From Phoronis australis (Eukaryota > Animalia > Phoronida), in NCBI GenBank assembly GCA_002633005.1, contig NMRA01000172.1, forward strand, positions 679,871 to 743,870: a stretch of 64,000 nt of DNA, in the 5' to 3' direction. How positions within the stretch are numbered: the first letter of the stretch is position 1; each line of letters begins with the position of its first letter. Below are positions 47,962 to 61,276 of this stretch, piece by piece. The notes beneath the pieces were generated by a model. The model was not told the origin of the DNA, did no database searches, and saw only the letters and a list, made by a program, of their open reading frames with translations. The translations under genes were made by a program, and so were the position numbers.

Positions 47962-49560
47962 CACCATAGTGTAACAAGAGAGTCTAGAAGTAAATGTCTA
48001 TAACTAGTTAAGCTTTAAAGCAGCGAAAGAGCTCTCACAAAGTAGTGTGGCGTGAATGTTTTGAAATCAACCAAGAAACAAAACAGCAGAAACGTTATCT
48101 GCTATTTTGGTATACTTGCTAGCACAGAATGGTACGGTGCAGGCATTTCAAATCTCGAATTGAAGGTGATCGTCAAATGATTGTTGTTCATCCATTGTCC
48201 ATTTTGATTGTGGAATGGTGGATTGACATGCATGCGCGTGTATACGTGAGTGCATTTCTATTCTTTTAAATCCAGTACACACCGACGGTGAGTTCACTGA
48301 AGGCCTTCCTCTGGCGCAGCTCAAACAAAAATCAGACATTTAAATACTGTGTGTTCTTGCACTGAGAAAACGAGCATGTTCACAGTATTAGGGAAAAGTA
48401 GGTGTAGACCTAATAATGACAAACTTTGGTCAATGAAGGAAGTACTCTCTTGTCAATCAATATCAATGGTGCACAGGCTCGATGGAAAAGATTTCCATGT
48501 CACCGTTCCGAAAGTTCTCTACTCCGAAAGCCCACTACTCCGAAGGTTCGCCACCCTCACAAGTTCACTTCTTCGAATGTCCACAGTTCCAAAACCAGAA
48601 CTCGGAAAATTCATCGCTCTGATTGTCTGCTAATGACTCGGAAGTGACAGGAATAAAATATTGTATCTGTGCCCATCATGTAGTAAACATTGAAAGGGAG
48701 AGTGCCAGAGTTACACAGTCTTATAACATTGGTTACATCTTTTACAAATGAGCTCAGTTCCAACCACTTCCAATCGTGATTCTTGGATCTAAGTAACGAC
48801 GCACTCTCAAGCAGGGACAACATCTGGGGCACGGGTCAGGGCTGCGGCGACCAACGGCGGTTTCAACTTTAAGAAGACTGAATGGGACTGATTTTGAGAA
48901 GACTGGCTGGGACAAGATAGCCTTCTAACCAAATTTAGTTTCGACCGGCCGTGAGCGCGGTTCCGTTGGGTGAGGTAATAATTTATCGATATCCCTACTT
49001 CGTATTCTCTTTCTGTCACCTGCTAATGCATCGCTGGCGTCAATCTTCCAACTTTGGTATCTTTTTAAAAATGCAAGAACGTACTTGGTTTTCCGTATTC
49101 GTAAGGCATGGGCATGAAATCAGTAATAACCGGACGTTGTTTTCGGTATAGGTACACCACTCAGCGCATCTAGTAGTATCGTTTACTTTATGCAAGGAGT
49201 ATAAAAATGAAACCCGAGTTCTAAAATTTAGATATCGGAGTAGTGAACCTTCGGAGTAGTGAACCTTCAGAATAGTGGGCTGTTTCCATTTCCAGCGATG
49301 TAATTAACACGCAAAAAACAACCAGATAAAAATTTCGTCTAGTCATTCTCAGCCTTAAAAATTCCCTCCAAGTTTGTATTTAAGCACGCTTAATTTGAAA
49401 GTTTGGCGGAAAGTAACGCGAGAACGTTCTCTTTCTGGACGACATTACGACAAATTCGAATTTGAGTCCCATTCTTTACGAGCAACTGTTGCCGCGGCAT
49501 CCTCATTTCCGTCTCATCTCAGGAACATAGAGCTGAGAGTCGTCGTTATGTATAGACAGA
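47962..49560 (+). repeat. Composite repeat family, copy C, including a foldback-like subelement (~48484-49287)
   Basis: Aligns with 10470-11460 and 52165-53060. CCACTACTCCGAAGGTTC near 48530 is inverted as CGGAGTAGTGAACCTTCGGAGTAGTG at 49236-49265. Confidence 0.8.
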
Positions 49561-49604
49561 TTCCATTACGGAAACTGCCGAATTCCTGGGGAGCGCCATA
49601 TTGA

Positions 49605-50900
49605 GATCACGCCATTGCTAGCCTATAACACTGGAGTCAGTACAGCCTGCCTGTAAAACCAGCTTTCTGAGCTGGTGTGCTTGCCTGTGTTTTGTATTTG
49701 GTAGCAGATCAGCTGATTTGAAATCACTGACAGGGAGTGAAACCTAAAGCCAGTACAAATCACATAGTACTGCAAAGTATATGGTTGCAATTGCACCAAA
49801 ATGGGTACACCATGTACGTATCTAAAGCATTTGGGAGACAGGGGTAGTGACAAATGACAAATACATTGTTAAAAAATCTGGAGTTCTGAAATACCTTTTA
49901 CCCAAAGACAAAGTTATGGCAGATACAAGTTTTACTATTGATGAACTCCTGTTTCCAAGACGAGTTAAATTAAACATATCAGCTTTCACCAAAGGCAAGT
50001 CACACCTTAGTAAAAAAGGTCTAACAAAAACATAGCGCATTTCCACAGTAAGAATCCATTTGGAGCGAGCAATACGGAGAATTAAAAGTTTTCAAAATTG
50101 TGAGTACCAGTATTGCTGTGTAAAGCTTAGAATCAGTGGATAACTACTTTATTTTCTGTGCTGGGCTTGTGAACCTACGTGCTGATCTAATCAGAGATCA
50201 AAATTTGGAAGACTAACTTCCGGAGATTTTAAGTTGCCCATTCCAAGTGGTAACTTGTACTAGCTAAAGAATTTCTGAAAGTAAAATGTACGCAACCGTG
50301 CAACAGTTTGCTCAACAAAGCTTTCACTGTGTAGCACATCTATGTCATAATAAAATCATTTTCACGAACTTTAATATTAGCGCCTACGTAAATAAAGGTG
50401 GTGTTTCTGTTTTGGCATAAAACAAATGTAATCAAGATCACTATTAGTTGTGTACAGGACTAGTTTTGCTGTCTTAAGTCCAGTACAAAACACACAATAA
50501 CGCAATATTAGGAAATAGTTATTTGGCTCTGGAATGTTTCTGTGAACACTGTGTCATCCTGTTAAGAACGTGTGTGGATAGATTCCAGGGGACAGTTCAG
50601 CCTCAAGAAAGTAAACAAGTCATTAGAGTACATGACCAACGCTGGAGCAGATCCATTTGAAATAATTAAAACCCAAGTTAGAACAATAAACAAATAACAA
50701 ATTCACGTCAGGTCACATATCTAATAAAACACAGACCTTATACAACCCAGGAATATGACTTAGAATAGCTCACTACCATGCTGAACTGCTGTGCTGTTTT
50801 TGTTTTGAGCATTCGTGTAATGGCTGACTTTGGTATGCGAGGCCTGTGGCTGTTATGTAAACTATAGTACGAAGTTACACGATCTCTGTCTATACAATCC
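49605..50900. mobile_element. ISL2EU/IS4EU-type (Harbinger superfamily) remnant: DDE transposase on +, probable YqaJ-like exonuclease fragments on -
   Basis: Plus strand: SQYKSH.TAKYMVAIAP, KKSGVLKYL..KDKVMAD.SFTI, KLNISAF.KGK..L, RISTVRIHLERAIRRIK. Minus-strand fragments TAAVQHG.E, L.CP and VARLRTFYFQKFF converge on it (weaker evidence). Confidence 0.8.
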
Positions 50901-51019
50901 TTCCCCCTAATTAGGGTATGTCAAGGGCCTTACTGAAAACTATAGTGTCGACCTTTGCAATTAAAATATGAAAGGTTCACCTGGAGCCGGAATAGGTTCG
51001 TCATTGGTTTCTAGAAGCA

Positions 51020-51620
51020 GTATAAGATGGCCACTTACATGTACATAGAGACGTGGTGGGTTGTTTGCAGACGTTTCGACCTGGTTCGCTAGGCTCAAGT
51101 TTATCGATGAATGAGGGATTTCCCGCCTTTCGATGGAGAATAGGCTCGTCATTGGTCTCCAGAGATCTCTATACCATCTGAAATGTGACCAGGATCCCAA
51201 CCACACCTTCATTGGAGAAACCAAGAGACCGTTCCTTACCAGATTCAAAGAACATCAGAAACTGGACAGACCAACAGCTTCAGGGAACACATATTGACGA
51301 CTAGGCATTTCATATCACTTGCGTCATCCAGGATCCTAGCCAAAGAACAAAATTGGTATGCTCGCAAGCTCAAAGAGTCCATAAACATCAGCAGTCAGCG
51401 CCCCCTCTAGAAGCGGGACCGACTCGGAGGACTCCACTTACCCCCCGTGTATTCCAGCATTCTTAACCAGCGAAATGCGGGAAATTCCTCATTCATCAAT
51501 AAAGACCTGGCGCACCAGGTCGAAACGTCTGCAAACAACCCACCACGTCTAAGTGACCATTTTATACTACGAAAGGTCAACCCTTTCCAGAAATTCGAAC
51601 CATCCCCTTTTTTCTCAATT
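51020..51620 (+). mobile_element. Penelope-like element remnant: GIY-YIG endonuclease between inverted pLTR copies
   Basis: LYHLKCDQDPNHTFIGETKRPFLTRFKEH and ILAKEQNWYARKLKESINI. 51020-51126 is an inverted copy of 51477-51567. Hairpin GACCTGG-cgca-CCAGGTC followed by GAAACGTC at 51504-51529. Confidence 0.88.
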
Positions 51621-51924
51621 ACACTATCTTGTCAGCTCACCATTGACCAGAATGGCTCAAATCAGTGTTCGAGTTAACCACAATAAACTTGGATTACAAA
51701 CTGTCGACAAAACGACAATGTTCAGCGTTAGCTTGATATTTCTGTAGGGCATCACATTTTCATGATTATTCCAAAAAAGACAATAGAAAGCACGTTGAAA
51801 GCAGTTTCGGGTGGCGTTTCATCTCCCCACATCCAGGCCCGTACCCAAGGTGTCGTGGAAAGGGATTTGGACTGGGTTCAATCGAACCCAACGCGGAAAA
51901 GGTCCAGCTCGAGCCTATCCGTTA

Positions 51925-53065
51925 AAGATAGGATAAAGACGGACATTAACAACAAAATTGTTGCAGCAACTGGTACTACTAACCGCAATAATAACGAAGT
52001 CAGAAATAATTTTGAATTTGCTTCTGGTTCAAAGGGCTTCACGTAATCACCGGGCCGTACCCGGCCAACTTCGCCAGAGTGGTGTTTGCGTAAACGACAG
52101 GATCGTGCAGACGATTAGCGGACGCTTTATGTTATCCGTCGGCATTGAACGCCCTTGGTGGCTGCACCATAGGGCAACAAGGAAGTCTAGAAGTAAATGT
52201 TTACACCAAGTTAACTTAGCTACATGTATATAGCAGTGAGTGAGCTCGTAGTGCCATGCGTGTGAATGCTTTAAAAATCGGGCCAAGAAACAAAACAGCA
52301 GCAAAAAGGTTTATACCGTTTACGAGATTTTTGGCGTACTTACTTGCATAGTACGATAATGTGCACGGATTTTCAAATTTCAAATTGAAAGTTATCGTTA
52401 ATGATGTTGTAACTTGTTCATCCAGTATCCACTTTGATTGTGGATTGATGGATTGACATGCATGTGTTTCCTTTCTTTTCAGTACACGCCGACGGTAAGT
52501 TCACTATACAGGCAGTCCTCCGTCGTTGTTCAAAAAAACAGACATTTAACTACCATGTTTTCTTGCACTGAGAAATCTCCGACGAGCAAGTTTAGGGAAA
52601 AGTATAGGTCAATGAAGAAAGTACAACATCTGAGGCTCGGGTCATTGCTGCGGCGACCATCGGCAGTTTCAAATTAAGACGACTGAATGGGAGTCTCTGA
52701 TTTCGTTACCACTGGCAGGGACAAGAAAGCTTAGTAAATACACTTAGTTTCGACGCGGTTGTGCGCGTGGTTCCAGTGGGTCTAGGTTGAGGCTCAGCGG
52801 CCCTAAACTTTTCAGTCGCCGCGCAGTGACACGTAATTAATAAATGTATCGTGGTTAATCATTCGTCAATATTCCGACTTCATATTCTTTTGAAAATGCA
52901 AATGTGTACTCATTTTTCCATTCTCGTAAGACATGTGGGCAATTTCGCATGCGCATAAAATCCCAACGTTTTATTACCGTGCGTTGTTTTGAGTGCAGAT
53001 GCACCACTCAGTGCGCATCTAATAACCGAAGTGTCGTTTATTTTTGTAAGAGTATCAAAATTTAA
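51925..53065 (+). repeat. Composite repeat family, copy D (resumes at 58866-59300 after nested insertions)
   Basis: Aligns with 10225-11460 and 41920-43000. 58866-59300 aligns with 49210-49560. Confidence 0.8.
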
Positions 53066-56000
53066 CAGTGGCGGATTTAAGATATTACAAGGGGGGCCCC
53101 CACATTTTGTCTGTAAACATTTGCTCAAAGCACGAATGTATATGCGCATAGCACCGAATGGGGAGAGGTCGGGGGGGTTTGTCCCCCTCCCGCTCAGGAA
53201 ATTTTTCGTTTTTTTTCCTCTAAAATCAAGCATTTTCCTTGTTTCCCGAAGTATTATCCAAGAAAAAAGGCAAAAAACGGAGAAAGTGTCCTACAGGACA
53301 AACTGTAAGTACAACAGACTCGAACTCACGTCCTGGCGGACAGAGCTCTCGTGCTTTACCACTGCACCACCACGATTTAACTCCTTATCTGTTACTAAGA
53401 GACCTACTTGTTTATAGTCCACAGTGTTTGCGCGCGACACCTCCTTCTTTTTGTAAAGCTTATTACAAGTTTTATATTTTGTGATATCGGTTCGTAACAA
53501 ATTTGTTGTATTGAAAATAATCTTCAATAGCCCAAAAGACCAAATCCGTTTTTTGTTGGCAATAATGACGCGATTGCTTTGGAAATCGGTTTGACAAAGA
53601 GAGAATTGTTAGTGTCCGAGTGATTCACTAAGGCTTCGATTGAAATTGACATCTTACCAGCAGCTTCTGTTTTTTCATCATCACTAATATTCCATTTTCT
53701 TTAAAAAAATGAAGTAATTTTCTTCATTGCACAGTGGAGCAGACGACGGAAACGGAGTCGTAGTGTCCAGCGCCACTGCCGGTCGCCCCCCCCCCCCCAA
53801 CACAAAACCGAACACATTCGAATCTTGTTTCAGTCGTATAATTTTAAGTACTAGTCCACGAGAGCACCAACCATGAGCGGCAAGGTTGGGGTTAGCCGAT
53901 TTTCACCAAATTTAGCACATATGTAGTCCTATGGGGTCTATAAACAGCGGTAAAATATTTCCTCAAAATATTGCGTTTTTCTGAAGTTATACATGTAGGT
54001 TCAAACACATTTTACGGCTTCGAGGCCATGTTTTCACGGTATAAAAACTGTCCAGGTTTAACTGTTCATATTTTTCCTTGAATGAAAGCTATTGATTTAT
54101 TATTCACTTGGCATTGTTTAGTGGAGCCCACTGTTATGAAAATGAAACTTAGCCAAAATGTTGACAAAACATGTTACTTTCATTGCATAAAATAAAAACT
54201 TTGTCAGCCAGTTTATTAGTTATACATTTTGGCACCTCAAATGTACTAAAACGAGAAATTTTCATATATCTGAGATCGATGCGTGAGCACCGTAAAATCC
54301 GATTGTCCTTCATGTTTTTCGATATTTTGCAACAAGTTAGTTCCTCCTGAATGTTTTGAACGTTTTACTACTTATCACTTAAGGCTATAGTGCCCCTAAA
54401 TACCATACATGGCTCCATTTTGTAAAAAGCCGATTATGTCCTCCAAAGTGAACAGGGTTAGACATGAACTCGACAAATGTGGGTTATTTTGATTTACAGT
54501 TGTTTTACTTTGCAATTTCCTCATGGGCATTTCTTCACACATATCCAAGTCAGATTTTCTGTTGATCAAATGTTCATGCAATGCATTGTAATATCAAATG
54601 AATGACAAGTTTGGTAGCATGACCGCAATTTTTCCCACGACTTAAAACAAAAGACCGCAGAAATTTTCCTGACGAAATACCGGGTTTGCAGTTCTCTAAA
54701 ATCCACGATTCGAATGACAAGACAAACTCCACCACTGTCCGTGGCAACTCGTCGCATGTTTTTCGCCCATCGGTCCTATCATTGTTTTCCTTTGTTGTGT
54801 CATTGTTGGATATAACAACACAGGTCGCATGGATATAGAACCTTGCGTACATCAGACCGTTGCCGATAAGTGCTCGTCATTATATCTTTATTATAACAAC
54901 GGGAACAATGAAGATGCTAATCTATTGTTCTCTATGCGACCAGGTTTCCCGTGGATGACCACAGAAGAGGAATCCCGAAGTATCCACAAACAATGACCAC
55001 GCACCTTAGTAACTATTACCGCGCACACGAATCCTTTCCGTGGAACCTACATGTAAACACCAAATTTTTATATCCGTGTATTGTGTTGTATTGCTCATGG
55101 TACGGGTTCAGACTCTGTTGTATTAAGATTCCAATCCCCAACCCTGTAATATGTAGTTTGAGTAAAATTTCTAGACAATGCAGGTTTATGGATTTATTCT
55201 CCTTTAAATGAAGAGTAAAAATCAAATTCTGCACAGGTTTTTTAAAAGTAATCACTTATTGGAAGATCACACATCTAAAAAATAAAACAATGTTTGACAA
55301 CTTTATTCATTATCTTATTTGAAAATTGCCTACCTCACAGACAACTCATCTATGCTGAAAATATTCCTTGTGAAAAAATATAAAATACCAACCAGAGACT
55401 TGTGTACTACAAAATATGTTTTCGTAATACAATGCAAAGATAATTGTACAGTCAAAAGTGCAAATGTTATCACTCTAATAAAAAGTTGCCTTCTAGATCT
55501 TTTCAACACTCTAATTGCTACAGGACAGAGTCAACCACACAAAGCTCATAAAGTCAGGGAATTACATTTAAGGTGATGTAGTCTCACTGCGAAAAAGTGA
55601 TTTCGCAATATCGCTGACAACACTGGAAATCTCTTCTTCACAAACTTGAGGTAGCTGTATTTACCACATCAATGTTCTTATCAAAACTAACCACCACAAA
55701 ATGAAAAATTGGCTTGTCGGTTCCAATTAGGCAGCATTTTACAATGAAATGGTCATGAAAAAATACTTTTGCAACATGGTTTGCATTACAATTGCCCTAC
55801 GATTACAGTTGTACATACATACTAGACCAGTAACAAAATTACCCATGGGAACCATAAAATGGTCAATTCGCCAAAAAAACAAGGAGCCACCAGAGCTAAT
55901 GTGCCAATACTTTTCAGTACTGCAACAAAAATCATTTGAAGTGGACATAAACTCGCCTAAAATCACATAAAACAACTTTTGATTTAGACATTTTACCATC

Positions 56001-58864
56001 ACGAAATAGGTATTACTTCCAGGTCACTTTTGAGCAATTTCAGAACTTTGAAAGATCTGGCAATATGCAATTGCTAGAGACCAGACTAATAGTGTGCGAT
56101 TTTATACACACAGCATGGTCTCAAGGAATAGCAAACTGTCAATTCGCTACAATTCCAGAAATCACTTCCCATCTGGATAAGGAACAAACTGAGCAAAGTT
56201 TATAGAGGTAAATGGTCTAAATCAAAATTTATTACCTCCTGGACAGAATATGGGTTTACAACCCAGGCAGAAAGATAAGTTAACAAAACCAGCCTAACTG
56301 CAACAGGGTCTCAAATTTCAGTAATATATACCCATTTACAAACAAAAATCTATAATGGTAAATAAAATGCGGAAACATAAATTCAGATCAATTACGCATC
56401 TTCAAGGAAAAGGAATAGTACAGTGGTCAGAAATCATCTAAATGTGATGGCGACACTGAGAAATCCTGTCAGACCAAAAAATCCAGTGGCTAAACAAAAT
56501 GAACAATGTACCATTACCATGTGGCCCAGGATCATAATCCGTGCCTGGACAAAAATTCAGTCTTAGACTAGGTAAATTTTAGATTTGTGCTGTTCACACA
56601 AGCAGTTCTGGTGCAAACAAAGCTTGCGACAACACACAAGCCTACTTCCCTACACAGCTGTGCTGATACAATAATGCCCCCACTGGATTTAGCAGATCAG
56701 CCAGAGTATTTACAGGTCCAGCCACTGTACTGTTTCCTCCCTTTGAATTTTTACAATGCTACATCCTTGACAATCGCAGATTGCCTCTTTCTATGCATAC
56801 TCCACTTCCTCTGTCCCAGTTTCCCCACATTTGCTGAAAGTGGCCTATCTCAACAAATTACTTTGGACCTGTTGTGGTATAAGCCAGTAATCTTTGGCAA
56901 ATACTTTTTCCCCAACTCGTTCCTCAAGCTACAAATTCTCTTTGACATATCTTCTGGGAGTAGACTTTTCGGCCTCTCTCTAGCCCCCTCACTTAGTTGT
57001 CCAGAAGGGTACCTTCTTGCTGGTTGTGAACTTTTCCATACCCAACCTTTACTAATAATCGGCAAGTCTCCAACTTCAGCAGAAGCCACTTCTTCAGCAT
57101 AAGCCTTTCCTGATTCCTAAAATTGTATTAATGAAAAATTAAACATATTAAATTTAATGTGGCCATTTCGGCTCACAAAATATGAATACCAAGCTAAAGT
57201 GAAGGCACCAATATTTTTGACGGCTTTAGCATGTTTAATTAACTTCATAATCGCAGAAAATCATTGGTAGACAAAACATACTCCCTAGTCTCTAAAAGTA
57301 GTTCATGGGCAGAAGTCATGTTACACATTTGGTGGTTGTTATGAAAAGTTATGATGACTACCTATTTTCTATGCCAATGTATACATGTAGTTGCATAAAC
57401 ATCAACACATTTGAATAAGATATGATTAAGCAATAAGGCCCAAGTTATAAGCAATCACGGTGTGTCAATAAAAGTATTTTTGCATGAATGACGTGCTTCT
57501 AAAAATATTCCTCAGGGTCAGACCCTGGAGTTTCGTGATTCCTACCTGAGCTCACACGAAGCAGTACGTTCAAGTTGAACCTTGACTTAACGTCTTTGGT
57601 CATTTTCCAGACCTCTATCAGGCTCTATCAGATTTCTCCTCTAGTGTGCAGTGGATGTTCTCAGTGTCTTTGGCGACAGCAATATATCTCGAGTGTTGTA
57701 ACGATGATTCCGGCAAGTGAATCTAATACGGCAGATTATGTAGCTCCTGCTGCACACCTGCCTCCGAGGCAGACACTGAGACAGACTACTTCTCAGGAGG
57801 ACACGTTCCACCTCCACGTTAGCTCCACGTAAGGTGCTCAAATGTCTCGCTCTATACCTTGTGCATTTCCCAAGAGTTTGCAAAGTTGTTTCTCTCCGCA
57901 ATTTGTAGGAATACCACATTCGATGCGACTGGCAGTGCCAGATAAATAGATAAACCCGCACTATACATGTACATGTAGGTCAGTCATCATTCAACTAACG
58001 CATTGTAAGCTTTAGTTTGGTATTCAGACGAGTTGGATGAACAAATTTAGTATAATTTCATATTTTAGTGGGAAATGCTAGTGTCCTTAAAATTAATTAA
58101 AAACATTTAAGCAAACCAATTCTTTTAATTGTTGTATTATACCACGGCATATTAATGCGTAGAAACGCGCACAGCTAGTGACTGGTTTAACATGACAAAT
58201 ACACATACGCTGTCTGAAAATAATGAAATTCAGACACCTATTACCAAGCCTGCCTGAAGGGCTGACAAAGTTTTTATTGTATTAATTTCAAGGGCATGGA
58301 GTCTTCTACATGTCCATGTGATTATTTTTAGTTTTCTCGTGGGGGCAGCTTCGCTATAAAGGTACAACTTACTGCTGGTTTTTCACAAGAAGGAAATGTA
58401 CCTTCACGGAAACAGTTCCAGTGTTACCATGGTAACCGATATTGTAGTGTTGGTGCCGTTTTTACTGACAATGGTCATGAACCTATCATGTGATATCAAA
58501 ATTGTTCAGAAACGATTCTGTTTGAAGCAGAAACTGGAGTAGAAAATTTGGTCAAAAATGACTCATTCCACACCAAGAAATTGCCTCATTTTGCCCCCAA
58601 GAACACTTCCCTTGTATCTCCTAAACCATCAAACTTTGTGGTGTCATACTTCACCCAATTACTCTCATCCCTAATGTGATTTATCAGACTAAACATGGAT
58701 CTGAATGGCTGACCCCCCACCTTGCCGCTTGTAGGCTGTACAGTGGTCGGTGGATCCGTGGACTGATACTTAATTACCGGGGTTAATTAATAAACTCAAC
58801 ATTTCCCGACGCTCTTGCTGCAGCCAAGGGGGGTCCCCTGTCCCCCCCCCTAAATCCGCCTATG
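53066..58864. mobile_element. GC-capped hAT-like non-autonomous element, itself split by Academ
   Basis: Ends CAGTGGCGGATTTA / TAAATCCGCCTATG. Its flanks rejoin to match the empty site at 49195-49220. Confidence 0.6.
53852..58765 (-). mobile_element. Academ-like DNA transposon, deleted/decayed
   Basis: Imperfect TIRs TAGTCCACG...GCGGCAAGGT.GGGGT.AGCC / GGCTGACCCCCCACCTTGCCGC...CGTGGACTG, flanked by GTAC/ATAC. Minus-strand Cys/His fragments (ICSLRNELGKKY...GLCVVASFVC; LYPCDLCC...SWILEN) resemble Academ transposase termini. Confidence 0.65.
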
Positions 58865-59891
58865 AATTACACCCGAGTTCGAATTTTTGATATTTTCTAA
58901 GTAGTGAATTTTCGCAGTAGTTAAACTTTCGAAGAGGTGAACCATCGGATTTATGAATATTCGGAATAGTGGGCGGTTCTCATTTCAGGCAATGTAAGCA
59001 TCTTAAAAAACACGCAAAAATACAGTCAGATAAAAAAATTACGTCAAGTCATCAAGTCATTCTCCAACTAAATATTTCCGTCCTAGTATGCAATGAGGTG
59101 TAATCACTCATTTAAGCGCGTCTCAGGTTAGAAACTTTGGCAGGAGGTCAAGTGAGAAGGTTCTCTTTCTGGACGACATTAGATCCGAACTTGAGTCTCG
59201 TTCTTCGCGAGCAACCGTCACGGCATTCTCATTTCTGGTATTACAGATTCCGTCTTATCTCAGGATCATCAAGCTGAAACTCATCGTTGTGTATACAGAT
59301 TTCCATCCCCTCCCCCCTAATAAAGCTGCTCCAAGGGCCTTACAGCGCAAAGCTGGTTACGGGCCGGACATCACTTACAGGGCCCCCCAGGGTTCTTCTC
59401 TGGGGTCTCTTATTGCATTATTTATGTTGACGTCAGCAGTACCTAACAATATCGGAATACAAAATCAGAAGCTGAATCAAGTTCACGTATAAACGAAAGG
59501 TTCATGTCTCAGTATTTACTACTTGTCACTGAGTCTGCATAATTAGTCCGTCACATATTCTTGGTCGGTTTCCGCTAAACTGTAAGCTCACAATCGGATC
59601 TGTCAATGCAAAATTTTTCGTGTAAGTCATCAGCAATTGATTTGTGCTGTCATGCGTACTCGCTACAAGTATCATCCTAACCAGTGGCGAATTAACGAAG
59701 GGGTTAAAATTCACTCAGATTCCATTTGGCAGTTCGAGTTGCGAATTGCTGACTAGCATATGCGCGCACCCATGGGGGCTTCGGGGGCAAATGCACAATA
59801 CATAGGCCTTGAACATACCCCGATTTTAGTAATAAGGTCCACAAACCCAAAAATTCAAGTGGGCTGGGCGCGCGCATGAGGCGAAATTCTG

Positions 59892-61276
59892 GGCCCGGTC
59901 TCCAATCTACGTACTCAGACTAATACTCATACTCGAGATTTCATACTCAAAATCGTGCTCACTGGAGTCGTACTCAAAAAAGCGTATCTAATGTCGTATT
60001 TCGAGTAGACTCCAAACGTACTCAAATCTGACACTCATACTCGAGTTGCTATGGAACTCTTTATGATGTGAAGTGCAAAATCACGCAAAGCCGCGCTGAT
60101 TCAGCGCTCGCTATTGGAATAGACCACCTCAAGAACTAGGCCTACATGTACACTATCGTCTGCTGTCGCTACAAGTACAAGAGTATGTCTATAACGTGGA
60201 ATTCTCAGTGTTCTGTAACTGTTATTCATTTTTTAGTTTCATTAAATATTCGTATGCCATTTCTTTGATACATTTGGCAATCATTAAGCTTTACTTCTTG
60301 AGTTCCTCACCCAGTCCCGAAAATGTCTGAAATTTGTAACAGCTTATCACTTCACATCACATCTCTGTTTCTAATTTAGTCTTGACATAAAACCCATTGC
60401 TGTGTAGGCCTACGCTGATGTGAAACTTTGATACTGTACCTTTGTATTTCACCGGGATGTATCAAGTGAGTTGACATTTGGCACGTGAGTTAAAAAACAA
60501 TACTTGTGCAGGCAGTCAGAGTTCACCAGTGGCAGTGAACGGGACGAGACGTCTACTTAGAAATCGGCAAACAAAATCTGGAATTCCATTTGGGGATTGA
60601 GGAATTATAGATGACTAAGTTATGATGAGAAATATACCTGACATGGAAGCGACCTTTTTTAACTTCCCTCCCCTCCTCGTGTTTTGGAAACCCTACAAAA
60701 CGTAGGCACACATACCGAAATAAGGACAGCACAAACTTCTCACACGACTTTTCCCACAACTGCTTTCGACGCTTGTTATGACTTGCCGACAATGCGCCTG
60801 TTGCCAGCAATTGTAGAGGTAGAATGGCGGCCATAACATACAGTGATACGGCGGGTTATTAAGGTGAAGAATAAGAAGATTTAAGATGAAAACTATTATC
60901 TCTGAAACGGAAATTGAAGTGCTGAGATATGGTAAGAGGACTTATTTTTTTAGATTTGCGGTGTTTCTTGGTTCCCTTTCGATATTTTGTTCTCTGGCTC
61001 GTATTTATTTTCGAGGACGATTTCAAGCACACTGCCATGCCAAACTTGAAATTTGAGCATAGACTCCAAATTTTTACTCAAAATCGTACTCGAAATATAG
61101 ATGAGATACACTTCAGTTCGAGTACACTCGAAAACTGAGTACGTGCTCGAAATTTCGAGTACAGATTTTTCGAGTGTGACATTGAATACACCAAAGCTGA
61201 GTTTGTACTCGAGTTGAGTATGAAGTGTGAGTTTGAGCATGATTCGAGTCTGAGTACGGAGATTGGAGACCGGGCC
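59892..61276. mobile_element. Non-autonomous Harbinger element with CTG target duplication and Myb/SANT-like remnant
   Basis: TIRs GGCCCGGTCTCCAATCT.CGTACTCAGACT / AGTCTGAGTACGGAGATTGGAGACCGGGCC. CTG at 59889-59891 and 61277-61279. Many TACTCG subrepeats. Minus-strand GALSASHNKRRKQLWEK...EVKK. Confidence 0.88.
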
